The position numbers and the translations under genes were made by a program. A DNA stretch of 64,000 nucleotides from Octopus vulgaris (Eukaryota): contig OX597823.1 in the NCBI GenBank assembly GCA_951406725.2, positions 95,294,001 through 95,358,000 of the forward strand. The letters run 5' to 3'. Below, in pieces: positions 13,711 to 28,553 of this stretch (within the stretch, counting starts at the first letter, position 1; every line of letters starts with the position of its first letter). The notes below the pieces were generated by a model, which worked only from the letters and a program-made list of their open reading frames with translations, made no database searches and was not told where the DNA came from.

Positions 13711-14042
13711 TTACATCTGTAGCTTTCAGCCTTGTGGGCCTTACCATGCATGTGTAAATATTTCGCTAGACAGAAAGAAGTATTCTTATCTCGGTGCAGA
13801 GGTCCAGTGTACTGTCTCTAACTTAAGGTGAGTGAATTATACTGAAACACTGGCTGTTTCAGAGTCTGCTATGTCACTGAATTCTGCATTGTCAACACAT
13901 GTCGTCTCAAAGGGAGAAACGTTTATTCAGGCAAAATCCAAGAACGCGAAACATTATTTACTTTTCAGGTCTGCTGGAATACACGCATCAGTGATCTGAT
14001 TCTCACTGCTTTCCGTGCTCTGGTTAATTTAATATATAATAT

Positions 14043-14109
<67 letters not shown>

Positions 14110-14167
14110 TATATGAATGTATACATGGTGTTTTCCACTAATCTCACTCTTTCTCTCTCTCTCTCTC

Positions 14168-14213
<46 letters not shown>

Positions 14214-14315
14214 GCTAACCTGGCTCCATCAAACTCAAACTCACAGATGGGACTATCAACAATACACAAGACCACCACAGCAAATAGACCCAAGGTGGAC
14301 ACCACTGGCAACAAC
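13711..14315 (+). repeat. About 600 bp direct duplication of 16329-16936
   Basis: Near-identical from TTACATCTGTAGCTTTCAGCC to ACCACTGGCAACAAC. Microsatellite lengths differ between the copies. Confidence 0.9.
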
Positions 14316-15639
14316 TCAAACTAATTTAAAGCTGTGGCTGTGAAAACTTTTTATGACATAGTTGTGAGTGTAGGCGTGACTGTTTGGTAAACCGTTTGCT
14401 TCTCAACCACATGTTTCTGGGTTCAGTCCCATTGCATGGCACCTTGGGTAAGTGCCTTCTATAGCTTCATGTCGATAAAAGACTTGTGGGTGGATTTGGT
14501 TGACGGAAACTGAAAGATGCCTGTCATGTGTGTGTATACATATATGTATATATATATATATGTATATGTGTGTGTTTGTGTGTGTCTGTTTGTGAGTGTG
14601 TGAGTGTGTGTGTGTGTGTAAGTGTGTTTTTGTGTTTGTTCGCTACCATTGCTTGAAACCGATGTTGGTGTGTTTACGGACCCGTAACTTAACAGTTCAG
14701 CAAAACGGACCAATAGAATAAGTTCCAGGCTTAATAAAAATACAATAACTACTGAGGTTGATTCGTTCATGCAGAATTCTTCAAGCAATGCCCTAGTATG
14801 GCCACAGTCTAATGACTGAAAGTAGCAAATGATAAAAGATAAAAGATATTTATGGTCATGAGGGAAATGTTTATTTATGATGGTTACAATGTCAGAAGTA
14901 AAATTATATTGAGCATGAGCGAAAAGAAGTTGGTCCAACGTTAAATGCTACAGCGCCCCCTTTCTATAAAATGTAGACGCCATGAAATTGTATGTATTCA
15001 CACAGTAACAAATTCTGAATTCTTTTATATATCTTTAACATTTCAATGTTTGTATTATTAAAGCTGTTAATCACCATGTCCTTTGTGGCAACCAAGGCGA
15101 AAATAATAACTTTTGGATTATTGAGAAATATTCAATATTCAAGATTTGAAGAGGTAAATTATACGCCTTTCTATAGACAACATGCACACACATATGTATA
15201 CATACACACACATACTCGTACATACTTCCATATATACACTCATAGATTTTAGTAAGTTAACATGGTAATACAGTTTGTGGGATTGGCAGAGAGAAAGATG
15301 AGAAGAAATAAAATTAAAATAAAGCAGGATAGGATACAATATAGAGGGAAAGTGAAATGAAAGAAAATAAAGTGAAATATAATAAAAGGGAGTAGAGTCG
15401 AAAGAGTTTTAATTTTCTGTAATTGGTTGAGGGGATATAAAGGATCACAGATAAAAAGGGTCACATATTAAAGGATCACGGATATAAAGGCTTTAATGGT
15501 TCCTGGATATAAAAGTTTTAAAAGTTTAAAAGGCTTGTGGACATAGAAGCAGATTTAAAAGTAGATAGGAGATAGGTAGGGAGATGGATAGACAGGTAGA
15601 TATCTGAGTTGTTAGATAGATAGACAGACAGATAGAACA

Positions 15640-15721
<82 letters not shown>

Positions 15722-15763
15722 TTCTCTCTCTCTTTGTCTCTCTCTCTCGCCCCCTCTCTCCCG

Positions 15764-15835
<72 letters not shown>

Positions 15836-16076
15836 CTATGTACCAGAGTAAGAACATAAATATGAAACAAGGTAGAAAAAATAGTACTCGAATACTGGAG
15901 GTAGAGTAATATGCTTTATTGATAAAGCTTCAAAAACATAACAAAAGCTGTTACTCAGAGTTTCACATTCCCGTTCGTCGGAAAGTTTTAGATAAATAGA
16001 TAGATAGCTTGGTAGTTAGATAGAAGGATATACATTTTAGCTTAGATGTGCGAAGTGACCTACAAAATAACCTTAC

Positions 16077-16299
16077 CTGAGTGGTGATTGAGGTGTGTGT
16101 GTTGGTTTTATCATACACCCAAGAACTGCACTTCTTTGTAGTCCGATTTCCATTTTCTGTGGTATTTGAATATATCAAACATTTTTCATAAACCACCTCC
16201 CCTTCATCCTCACTCTTTGGAATATATTCGTTGATCAGTTCTTCATGGCTTTCACTTTGGATTTTATACGTGTCGTTGTCGTAACCAGGAATAGCACAC
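16077..16299 (-). CDS. SLC22: SLC22-like transporter gene B, coding exon 2 (223 nt, extracellular loop)
   Basis: tttcctAG|G TGT GCT ATT CCT ... ACC ACT CAG|GTAAGG. It encodes (R)CAIPGYDNDTYKIQSESHEELINEYIP...YEKCLIYSNTTENGNRTTKKCSSWVYDKTNTHTSITTQ, with loop cysteines and N-glycosylation sequons. Confidence 0.92.
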
Positions 16300-16648
16300 C
16301 TAGGAAAATAATATACAAAATAGGTTTCTTACATCTGTAGCTTTCAGCCTTGTGGGCTTTACCATGCATGTAAGACAGATACAAGTATTCTTATCTCGGT
16401 GCAGAGGTCCAGTGTACTGTCTCTCACTTAAGGGTGAGTGAATTATACTGAAACACTGGCTGTTTCAGAGTCTGCCATGTCACCGAATTCTGCATTGTCA
16501 ACACACATCGTCTCAAAGGGAGAAACGTTTATTCAGGCAAAATCCAAGAACGCGAAACATTATTTACTTTTCAGGTCTGCTGGAATACACGCATCAGTGA
16601 TCTGATTCTCACTGCTTTCCATGCTCTGGGTAATTTAATATATAATAT

Positions 16649-16722
<74 letters not shown>

Positions 16723-16756
16723 ACACACATATGAATGTATACATGGTGTTTTCCAC

Positions 16757-16834
<78 letters not shown>

Positions 16835-16835
<1 letters not shown>

Positions 16836-19800
16836 GCTAACCTGGCTCCATCAAACTCAAACTCACAGATGGGACTATCAACAATACACAAGACCACCAC
16901 AGCAAATAGACCCAAGGTGGACACCACTGGCAACAACACACACAGCACCTCGATGCTCCTACTGAACATCAAAGGACTGTTAACACTCAGTAACAGGACA
17001 AAAATCCCTTTCTTGAGAGACCTTGTTGCATGAAATCAAGCCTTATGCTTACCACTTACGGAAACACACCTGAAACCGGATATAGCAGATGCGGAAATAC
17101 ACATATCACAGTATGTTGTATTACGGACTGACAGAAAAGAAAGGAGTCATGGTGGAGTTGCTATGTACATCCGCGAGGACCTCACACCCCAGGTCCTTTT
17201 GTCATACTCAAATTCGGTGTGTGACACACTAATTGTACATATAAGGCAACTCGGTGTAGTTATATGTGCTACATATCGCCCTCCAGATTCTCCAAGTCAT
17301 ATAGGTAAGTTTGAAGACTGCCTTTCAAAAATAGAAGTTCTAGTCACGTTAGAATAACACATAAGTGTACTTCTTATGGGAGACTTCAATCTGCCCAATG
17401 TCAGATGGCCGGAGAGCTTTTCTCTCCCAGGAATGACACGATGCGAACGAGGACAGGTGAGGTCCCTCCTGAATCTCATCATCACTGTGTACATGGAGCA
17501 AATAATACTCCAACCAACCAGAGCAGGTAACATACTGGATCTCTGCTTCACAAATAATATGGATCTCATCCATAATGTGAAAGTGACACCGACACTACTC
17601 TCGGATCACAACATGATAGAGTTGCCCATGTACGGGCCAAAGGAAAGCATGGACATGCAGCCTACAAGAAACTCTCAGAATCTTTCCAGTTTGAACTTCC
17701 ATAAGGTAAACTGGAAACAAAATTGAGAAAGAGATCCTCAAACAAAACTGGCCTGAATGTCTCTCCTCGCCAGACATCGACATGAAACTTCAACAATTCA
17801 TGTCTGTAATGCAAGTCATATGCTACAAATGTATCCCAGAGAGAAAGGGCACTGTACACAACAATAAAATCCCCAGAGAGAGGAAAATTATTATGAGACG
17901 GCGTACAAAAATTTCAAATCGCCTAAACAAACAAATTGAAAGCAGTGAAAAGTCCCGCCTGAAAATAAAACTGTTGGAAATTAAAAAATGTCTGCAACTC
18001 TCACATGAAAAAGAAATGGTAGACAAAGAAGCCTGGGCTATAGACAACATAAAATCTAACCCCAGAGCTTTCTACAAGTTTGCCAAAGAAACAGCTACGG
18101 TGCCCTGTAGGATAGGGCCACTCCTTGAAAAAGATGGTACACTCACAGGAAATCCAATAAGGATAAGTGAAATACTAAATGAGCAATTCAAAAATATTTT
18201 CACTCCACCCCTAGGGCATTTTCAAGTCAGCAATCCAACTGAATTCTTTACCACTGCAGATATAAAATCAGAGGCAACGATGATTGATTACATCAATATA
18301 ATGGAAGACAATGTAATAAGGGCTATAGATGAAATGAACCCAAACTCAGCTACTGGCCCCGGTGGATTCCCAGCAATCCTTCTAAAAGTATGTAAGAGAG
18401 TCCTAGCAAGACCACTGCAGTTTCTCTTTCAGAGCTTCCTTGCAACTGGTAAACTTCCAAGAAAACTGAAGGAGGGTAAAATATGCCCTATTCATAAAAG
18501 AGGTAGAAGAGCGGAGGCCAAGAACCTATCTCTCTGACCTCACACACCAGCAAGGTCGTGGAACGAATAGTCAGAAGGAAACTACTCGCCTTCCTTGAAG
18601 AAAATAACTTGCTGCCTGACACCCAATATGGTTTTCGACCAGGAAGAAGCTGCCTAACTCACCTCTTACAATACTATGACTGAGTGCTGAAACAACTGCT
18701 CAACTACTCAAATGTGGAAGTGATATATCTCGACTTTGCAAAGGCCTTTGATAAAGTCGATCATAGAATGATATGTCACAAACTGCGTGATCTTGGCACA
18801 GTTGGAAAATTGGGGGAATGGCTTCATGACTTTCTGAAGGATAGAAGTCAGGTGGTAGTAGCCAATGGGACCACCTCCAATAACACGCAAATAGTGAGCG
18901 GTGTTCCGCAAGGCACTGTTTTGGGACAACTGCTCTTCATAATGACCCTCTCAGACATGCCCTCAGCCACGCAGAGAGCCACGATCACAAGTTATGCAGA
19001 TGATACAAAAGTTTCACAGGTAATACAGAACTCTGAAGATACTATGCACCTGCAATGTGAGATGGACAAAATATACAAGTGGGCTGAAAAGAATAGCATG
19101 CAGTTGAATGCTGAAAAGTTTCAAGCTTTATTCTATCAGCATGCAAGACTGAATGCAATACCCAATAAATACACTGGACCTGGAGGGATTGCAATCCCAG
19201 AGGCACAATCAGTGCGAGACCTGGGTATTTACATGAGTAATGATGCAACCTTTCATGTGCATGTTGCTAAATTGGCAATGAAATGTAGGCGGCTGACCGG
19301 ATGGATTCTTAGAGCTTTTAGAACTAGAGACCAGGAAACCATGATGGTCCTCTGGAGGACACTTGTCCTAAGCCACTTTGACTATTGCTCTCAGCTATGG
19401 TCACCAACCAGTGTCAAATTAATCAGAACTTGAGGCGATCCAACGAAGCTACACGAAGAAGATAGCCTCTGTGCAGCATATAAGCTATTGGGAAAGACTC
19501 AAGAGATTAAAACTCTATTCCTTAGAGCGTAGGCGAGAATGATATGCCATAATATACATCTGGAAGATCCTGGAAGGACTTGTCCCAAACTTTGGCATCG
19601 AGAGTTACACAAATACTAGAACTGGGCGCCACTGCATAGTGCCAAGGACTCCAAATATGCCATCAAGATGTAGGACAAGATACTGTGATAGCCTGGGCTT
19701 CAGAGGTCCACAGCTCTTCAATATCCTCCCGAAGGACCTGAGAGACCTGCATGGGGTGGATGCAGTTGTCTTTAAAATAAAGCTGGGCCTCTTCCTGTCA

Positions 19801-19920
19801 GGTGTCCCATATGAACCAACTTAACGGCAGGAGGTGCAGATGAGGGCAGCTGCATCAAACTCTCTCATGCACCAAATGTCAATTGCTAAAAAGCATTAGT
19901 GAAGTAAAATCATGTAGCAA
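16835..19920 (+). mobile_element. CR1-group LINE, 5'-truncated, ORF2 (APE endonuclease plus RT) disrupted
   Basis: APE motifs (LLNIKGL, LTETHL, YRPPDS, MGDFN, SDHN) and RT motifs (YLDFAKAFDKVDH, GVPQGTVLG, YADD). Several stops and frameshifts. Confidence 0.9.
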
Positions 19921-20378
19921 AGAATGGAGTCGAACGAAGATTTTAACAAAATTCCTTTACTTTCGACACATGTTTCGAAGACTGCATATTCTTAATTCCG
20001 AAGGAATAAAGTGTGCATTATGCCGTCTTCTCTTCAGGAAAGACAAGGAGCCTCTATCAGTCTCACGACGAACAAAATCTTTTTGATGACTGCCTACATT
20101 GTGTCCACAGTGATAATGAGTGTTTTTAAAAAATTATCCGTTATTAGCAATGACGTCAAAATTGGTTGGAAGGAGAGAGTATTAAAAATAGGAAGGGAAC
20201 AAAAAGTTTGTTGTATGAATGGGGATGCGCGGGTGCTTGCTTATGTTAATAAGTGTGAGTGTTTATGTGTGTGTATTAGTGTGTGTATATAACTGCTTTT
20301 GTGTCTATGTATGCAGTCTTCGAAACATGTGTCGAAAGTAAAGGAATTTTGTTAAAATCTTCGTTCGACTCCATTCTT
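19921..20378 (-). mobile_element. Short non-coding element with about 68 bp inverted ends and a hammerhead motif
   Basis: 19921-19988 is the reverse complement of about 20310-20378. A hammerhead lies at 19960-20042 (-). Confidence 0.7.
19960..20042 (-). ncRNA. Type I hammerhead ribozyme with extended stem II
   Basis: ctttc CTGAAGA gaagacggcata...tatgcagtcttc GAAA catgtg TC gaaag. The core is canonical, the cleavage triplet is GUC, and stem I has 5 bp. Confidence 0.75.
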
Positions 20379-20519
20379 TTCATTTATTCATATAAGAACA
20401 ACACACAAATTTCCACACAGAAACACGGGGTTTTGCCCTTGGCATGTAGCTTCAACCGTATTTTCTGACGTGAATTTGCTACCCAGGTATCGATTAACCG
20501 AATTATCCATACTAGCTTT

Positions 20520-23500
20520 TTAGCGCGTAGTTAAGGAGTGTATTTTCCGCTTGACTGAATTTGAGCTAGAAAAGTAAGTTCGTTTAGGACAGGAAGAGCT
20601 ATATGTATGTATGTATGTATGTGTGCGCGCGCGCGCGTGTGTGTTTATATGTATGTTGGGGCGCGCGCGCGTGTATATATGTGTGCGTGTGTGGGTACAA
20701 TTTTCAATATTTATAGTTCTGCTGGCCTTGAGCCTGTATCGGGAAGCAACGTGTTTGTGTGAAGTCAATATTTACAGTCATTCCCAAAAAATAGTGTTGG
20801 ATGTTTTGCACCCGTATCAAATTATGTGTATGTGTGGAACCATATGTTTGCGTGTGTCATGGTGTTAATATCTGGGAAAAAGTGTGTGTAGGGTGTGTGC
20901 AGGTGTAAGTGTGTTTGTTGTGGGTTCGTGTTAGGGGGATGTGTTTAGAAGTGGTCTGTATTTATTAATAAGGTGGGATTCCATGGTTATTCGCTGGGTA
21001 TGGGTGGCATTGTCTTTAAATTTGTAGAGGGGAAAGATTCTAAAATTGGGATGAAGTTGTGCGGCACAGGTATCAATATGTGCACTAATTGCTATTTTTC
21101 TGTATTCCTGTATTTTTATTTGGGATCTATGGACAGTCATGTTGGCGGAGGCTATTTTTAGTTTGGCCTATGTAGTGTTCATTACAGCCCGAGCAAGTTA
21201 AGACATATACTAGGTTTTCTGATGCGCATGTGAAGTTGTGTTTTTCTGTGAAACGTTGTCCTTGTTTAAAAAGGAATTCCGGACCTTCTATTAGGTTGAT
21301 GCATATACCACAGCTGGGTCTATTGCATTTGTTTACTGTGGGTTTAGTTGTTGTGGTTGGCAGTACTTTGGCATTTGCTAGGATGGTTTTCAATGATTTG
21401 GGTTGCCTTTTGCTCTTTATGATTTCGTGTGTTAGGAGGATTTGGTTCATTCTATGGCCCTTTTTTAATACAGGAAAGTTCTGGAGGATGGTGTCAAAAG
21501 CTTCATTGTTGAGGGGCATGTGTGTAGAGATGTATGGTAGAGTATGGGGTTTCGATGTAACAGGTTTAGGGCGTCTAAGTTCCTGTGTGCTGAGTTTTAG
21601 GGCGCGTTGGATCCCATTGACAATTAGTGACGTGGGGTAATCCCTGCTTGTTAATGTGTCCTTAAGTTCTTGTAGAAGTAAGAGATGGGTGTTTTTATTG
21701 GAGACTATAGTGCAAATTCTCTTGGCTAAGTTGTAGGGAATGTTAATTTTAACGTGTCTAGGGTGGCATGAATTGAAAGGGAGGTATTGCTTGGAGTCTG
21801 TGGGCTTGTAGTATATGTCTGTTTCTATTTTTTTGTTGTGAATTTTAATGAGGATGTCGAGGAAAGGAATTTGTTGAGGGCTGTATTCCATTGTGAAAAT
21901 AATGTTTGTGTTGAGCCCATTTATAAGGGTGTGAAATTCTTTAAGCTTCTCGATGGTTTCGGGCCAAAGGATGAAGCAGCCATCAATATATCTCTTCCAG
22001 TTCTTCTCTATGTGTGTGTGGAGAGTGGTGCCAAATTGGTTAAGAACGTTATTAAAGAGGGTGATTTCCAGGTATCCCATGACTAGGTTGGCGTAAGTGG
22101 GAGCTGTTTTCGTTCCCATTGCCGTCCCTGATTTCTGTCTGTAGAATTTGTTGTTGAAGGTGAAGAAAGTATTCTCTAAGATGAATTTGAGTCCTTCTAA
22201 AATAAATTCCTTTTTTGATGCGGTGTGGGAGTTCGTTGGAGTAATTATCCAGCCAGAATTGGATAGCTTCTATTCCTAGGTTGTGGGGGATGTTGGAGTA
22301 AAGATTAACTACATCGAATGTTACTAGCAGGGTTTGTTCAGTAAGAAGTGTATTGGGGAGGTGGTTGAGCATATCTAGATCGTCCCTTATGTAGCTTTTA
22401 ATGTGTTTGAGGAAGGGCTTAAGAAGGGTATCAATGAAGTTGCTAAGGCGGTGGGTTTCGCAAGCGGGACCTGCTATTACAGGTCTCAATTTGAGGTCAT
22501 TTGGTGAGGGGACATTGATTACAGAGTTTGTGGCTTCCTTGCATGCCTTACTTATTAATTCGCTTTTATGAATTTTGGGAATACCGTAGAAGAGGCTGGT
22601 TTTACTAGTGAAATTTGTGATGAAGTTGAATTCTTTGTTAGTGAGTTCTTCTTTGTGGGGGTTGATCAGGGTTTTTAAGTTTCTCATAATTTTCTGTTGA
22701 TTGTAGTGTTCAGCCTTTTCGTAATATGTTCCATTTTCCAAGGTGGAGAGTGCTAAGTTGATATAGTATTCTGTCTCCATTAAGACTACTGCACTTCCTT
22801 TGTCGGCCTCTTTAATGGTGATAGATCTTTCATTTTTTTAATTTGTTTAATTCTTCCCACTCTTTCTTGTTGAGGTTTGGTTTGGGTTTTGGTTTGTGTA
22901 AGTGTTGGTAGGGGAAGTTTGTAATGTGCTCGCAGAATTCGTCTAGGATTTTATTTCTACCTTTTGGTGGGGTGTAGTTGCTTTTATTTCTAGCTAGTGA
23001 CTCATCCTCATTGTGCTGGTCGAATAGTTCCTCACTAAGTCGTAATTTTCTACAAAATTCTGTAATGTCTTCCTTCATTTCGTAGTAGTTTGGACGTGGG
23101 GGGGGATTTAAGACCTTTGGAGAGTAAGTTGAGAAGGTTGGGGTTGGGTTCTGTATTGGTTAAATTGATGACTTTAATTAGTTTCTGTTTCTCTTCCCTG
23201 TCCTGTGTTATTTTGTTTGCCTGTATCTAGGTGCTGTGTCTAAAAAATGGTTGGGGTGGAGGGGTTGTCTGTTGGTGTTAAGAGGTCCTGTGTGTTTGTT
23301 ATATTCCTTGTTGTGAAATATGCAACACTATTTTTTGGAAATGACTGTAAATATTGACTTCACACAAACACGTTGCTTCCCGATACAGGCACAAGGCCAG
23401 CAGAACTATAAATATTGAAAATTGTACCCACACACGCACACATATATACACGCGCGCGCGCCCCAACATACATATAAACACACACACACACACGCGCGCG

Positions 23501-24348
23501 CGCGCACACACATACATACATATAGCTCTTCCTGTCCTAAACAAACTTACTTTTCTAGCTCAAATTCAGTCAAGCGGAAAATACACTCCTTAACTACGCG
23601 CTAAAAAGCTATTCAAAATATCCACATGACGTCTACTGACCATCCTGAACAATAAGAATTTTCAACAACGCTATTTTCGAAAACTCCATACACCACCTAC
23701 ATCAACATTCACGTGACCTCTCTATTATGACTACATTCACGTGACCTCTTTATTATGACCAATAAGAAATTTTAGGCGCGATACCAGCCAAATTTTAAGA
23801 TCTCTGGAGCCTATTTTCTTACCCCAACACCAACTTCCATTCAAACATTCACGTGACCTCTTTATAATGACCAATCAAAATGGCATTGACCATTGTCCAC
23901 AAGAAATTTTAGGCGCGAAACTAAGCAAATCTTAAACAACTCTGAAGCCTTTTTTTTCACATATAAGAGACAGCAAACCCAACATAAAGTCAGATAAGAG
24001 AAAAAAAATCAATCAGAAAGGAACTCTATCTCACTCAAAATATCTTTTGATAAGCATAACAAATGCGCAACCGGTAAACTCTTACTTTTTTTATTCTACA
24101 CTGAAATCTGACATTGAACTTTTCCACAAAAAACTGTATATTACAAGCTTTTATTAAATATCTTATTCTGAAAGAGAACACTGTAAAAGACTCTTACTTT
24201 TTTTTCTTATACACTGAAATCATTCACAAAAAATGAACATTGTATTCTAACCCAATTTTTCTCTTTTTTTGTTTAAAAAAAAGAACTTTCACCTAATTAA
24301 ATACACTCTCCCTTACTTAAATTATTTTGTCAGCATTTTCTTCATTTC

Positions 24349-24350
<2 letters not shown>
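20520..24350 (-). mobile_element. Penelope-like (Neptune-type) element, 5'-truncated copy with inverted pseudo-LTR
   Basis: Minus-strand ORFs 22830-23078, 22052-22780, 21127-22119 and 20931-21140 are nearly identical to 52762-54910. A partial 3' pLTR is at 20520-20785 and an inverted pLTR at about 23325-24350. Confidence 0.92.
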
Positions 24351-24394
<44 letters not shown>

Positions 24395-25039
24395 TACTTC
24401 TAAGCCTCATATATATATTTCTTTTAACCTTTTATTATTTTATTTGTTTCAGTCATTTAACTGCGGCCATGCTGGAGCACCGCCTTTAGTTGAACAATTC
24501 GACACTAGGACTTATCCTTCGTACGCCTAGTACTTACTCTATCGGTCTCTTTTGCAGAACCCCTAAGTTACGGGGACGTAAATGCACCAAAAGGAGTTGT
24601 CAAGTGATGGCGGGGGACACACACATACACAGAAACATATATATACTTGTGCGTGCACACACACGCACATGTCTATCTATCTATCTATCTATTTATCTCT
24701 ATATAAGACGGGCTTCTTTCAGTTTCCGTTTACCAAGTCCAATCACATGGCTTTGGTCGGTTCGAGGCTATAGTAGAAGACACTTGCCCAAGGGGCCACA
24801 CGGTGGCACTGAACACGGAACCATGTGGTTGGTAAGCAAGCTACTTTATTTCAAAAATTTTGCCATAAAGGCATGATGCAGAGTAGCTTGCGGGCTGGAC
24901 AAAGACATTGATGAGGTGAATGAAGAAAAGGATGATATTAATGGGAGAAGACAAAAAAACTCCCGCCGATTTTTTGCTTCTCTAAAACATTATTCTCTTC
25001 TTTTTTCACAGAAAAAGCAAAACGAGGTAATGAACCTCT

Positions 25040-26400
25040 TACTTCCGTTTTACAATTATTAGACTGATAGTCCATTCAAGACTATTGGGGCGTTAAGCCT
25101 CTTCAACACAATACCATGCAATAAACATAACAAACATTATAACACTGCGCCTTTTCAACCTCTTGTCACTATTCCTCCCCAACATCGTTTGTGCCCATAT
25201 ACTCCGCCATCACCCACGCCTCATTCAAGACCAAGCCAGGATCCGAACCGGCGTCGCCCGGCCACAAGCTATATTCCTCATTGAGTCCCTGCAGCCTATA
25301 CCTCACAGACAACGTTATGACCTCCACAGCTATCTGCGGAGGCCATCGGAATCCTGTATGAAGGTTAAAGGTATTCCCTTATGGTGCTTTTCCACCACCT
25401 CTCCTACCTCCCCGCCTCTGTAGAAGAAGACCAATAGTTACTCTTCTTCCGGGTTCGAGGCAGTCAATTCTATCGATGATGGCACAATTCCACCCAACGG
25501 TGTCTCTTCCCCTGCCACTGGCACAAACCCTACCGGGAAGGTTCCGGGACATTCCGGTGCTGTGTCACCGACTGCCGGCAATGTCCTATTTCTCTTCTTC
25601 TTCCTCTTTTTTCTATCAACTGAGTGAGGCTGCGTCTCCTCTGTGACAAGGAGATTCGCCTCCCCTCTCTTATCCCTTGTTGCTCACCTTCTTGCGGCCC
25701 TTCTTTGAGGAGTCCTCCGTCTCCTCGGCCGCCTTCGTTCCTTCTTCTACAGAGGCCTCAATCGACTGCTCCAGGACTTTGCTTTGTTCCTGAGGACAGG
25801 TTTTCTTTATATGTCCAGGCTCCAGGCACCGATGACACCTGAGCGGGGCGACTCTCAAGAATCACTGGGTACCTGTACCCGGCAATTTTCAAAAAATCTG
25901 GCATAACCAGATTCATGGCTGATTGGGTCCACAGCTTTTGACCCAACCCAATCAGCCGCAGGATGAATTTTCACATTGAGGATCCTGGCTCCACTGCCAC
26001 CCAGACTCCAACAGATAGTATCTTCTATCTACTGGCGTTCAATTCCGGGTGGAAAACCACAGACCCAAGCCCTCGTCAATTTTTACCCCTTATTAAGTGG
26101 GAAGAAACAAAATTTCTTTACCCTCAAAGGGCTGGCTCGCAAAACTGCAAGCCTCCTTTGGGGTGTCAAACAGCAACCACTCCGTTACATATTTGATACC
26201 CCTAGAGATATACTTAATGGTTGGCAGATGTTCCGCTCAATCATCTGCTTGGAGAAGACGGCAATGGTGTCGAGAAACTTCGAATACGTTCTGAACACAC
26301 CGTCCTCTCCTCTTGCTGTCTGAGCCACTCCTTAGGTGGGACAATCTTCCACTCTACAATCTTATCCGTATTTTTTGCCATGTTTTAAATAAAAAAGTAA
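25040..26400 (-). mobile_element. ORF1-only L1/Tx1-like element (copy 3), decayed
   Basis: Starts MAKNTDKIVEWKIVPPKE (ATG near 26382), then MPDFLKIAGYRYPVILESR and CHRCLEPGHIKKTC (CCHC knuckle). No ORF2. Confidence 0.65.
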
Positions 26401-26434
26401 AAAAGTTCAAAACAATAGACCACCTATCATCAGC

Positions 26435-27280
26435 ATGCAAAGCCTTCGGTTTGTAAAGAAGACAGTCATTCTCACTCACGAGGGCGCAGTGAAAGGCCAC
26501 ATCAATCTTGATGACAAAGAGCTTGAGACAGTGGACAGGTTCTCCTATCTAGGGTCTACCATTTCCTCTACTACTTCACTTGATGATGATATTAATGTCA
26601 GGATAGGGAAGGCAGCAACAACTTTTGGAAGGGAGCAACAAGAGATTAGACATCAAGATAAAGATCAGGATTTATGAAGCATGTGTTCTCAGCACACTCC
26701 TCTATGGATCTGAAACTTGGACCTTGTACAGCAGACAGAAAAGGCGCCTCGGCATTTTCCATTTGAGATGCCTCCGCAAGATCTTAGGCCTAACATGGCG
26801 CGACAAGGTCACTAATGTTGAAGTGCTGGCGCAGGCGAATCTTCAAAGCATGACAGCTATCTTGTGTATGAGAAGACTGAGGTGGGTGGGGCATGTCAGG
26901 AGAATAGCTGACCGTCGAATCCCGAATCAACTGCTCTATGGAGAATTGGCCCAGGGCAGGAGACCAAAGGGAAGACCAAAACTGAGGTATAAGGACACTT
27001 GCAAAGCTAGTTTGTCCATTTGTGAGGTGGATGTCAGCACCTGGGAAGAGAGGGCCGAGGACAGAACAACATGGAGGACTGTGGTGAAGGAAGGAACTGC
27101 TTCGCTGGAGAGCTGCTACAGAAACAAACAAGTTGAGAAGCGTCAGCGGTGAAAGGAAAACAACAGAAATGCCGAGCGCCGAGCCACCTTCTTGGTATGC
27201 AAGTACTGTGACAGAATCTGCGCTTCAATCATAGGAATAATCAGCCATGAAAGAAGCCGCAAAAGGGGGAGCCCCTGATA
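26435..27280 (+). mobile_element. RTE-clade LINE 3' fragment
   Basis: VDRFSYLGS, IYEACVLSTLLYGSETWT, RRLRWVGHVRR, LLYGEL, GRPKLRYKD. Confidence 0.88.
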
Positions 27281-27814
27281 TGTTCGATTAAGTGACCTCT
27301 AAGCTAAATTGACCGTCTGCATAGACATATGTAATATGCTTTATTAAAAAGCAGCAAAAATATCACAAAAACCGTTCCCGTTCGTCGGACAATTTTGTTT
27401 AGAATGGAGCAAGATTAAGCTATATGCAGAAATACAATTACTTTGACTGATACACATTTGAAAATGGTTTTGTTTCATTAGTCCTTTAAGCTAACGGTCT
27501 TTTCCATAACCGGTTGCATGAAATAACAAATTGCAGTTTAAAATCATATTAAAATCAAAAATAGCTTATGAAGAAGGAAAAAGGCCTGAATACCCAAGGT
27601 AAATAATTAGCAGTGAAAATAATAATAAATTAATAAATTAAAAGATATATCCGTTCAAAAACTTCACTCTAAACTATACATACATTTAGCAATACATACA
27701 CATACCAAACAATCTATACACTAAAAATACAGACGTAGGTACATGCTACATACAATTACAGACATATATAGGCAAAACATAAATATATACAAATTCATAT
27801 ATATATATATATAT

Positions 27815-27888
<74 letters not shown>

Positions 27889-28553
27889 TTACTTGGAAAT
27901 GGATGCGTGGCGTTTGATTAAATAATAATATAAATGGTATATATATATATATATTAATAGTAATAGTATGAAAACAAAAGAATGAATGAGACTTTACTGG
28001 TATTTCATTCTATTGTCCCCATAAAGAATTAAAGGCAAATGTGACTTTGATGGCATTTGAACTCAGAATGTAAACAACTGTAACTAAATACCACAAATTA
28101 TTTTGTCCAGTTCCCTAAGAATTCTGTGAATCCAGAAACCAAATAATAATCGTTTCTAAGAAAAGGCACGGGCATTTGGGGATTACGGCCTGGGGTTGGT
28201 TGAAAGCCTTACATCCCAGTACTTGACCCCAGAAGGTTGAAAGCCAATGGCTGCAGTCCAATGATTGAAGCAAGTAAAAGATAGAAATATAAAAATCAAG
28301 AATTCCGGAGTGAAGGATGAGGGTACCCTTGACTATATATACAGGGATTATCTCAAAAGGTCGATAAAATCAAGTGTAAAGATTTCAGGTATCGTAATCC
28401 CATGTTGTGGGTGGGTGTTGGAGTGAGAAAGGTTTTTAACCCCAAGCAATAAAAGAAAAAATGTTTCAAGAAATTTTTGTTTTGAAGCACAACCATTTCA
28501 ACCACCTATCTGGACTACATAATAATAATAAGAAATCATTATTATAAACTTAC

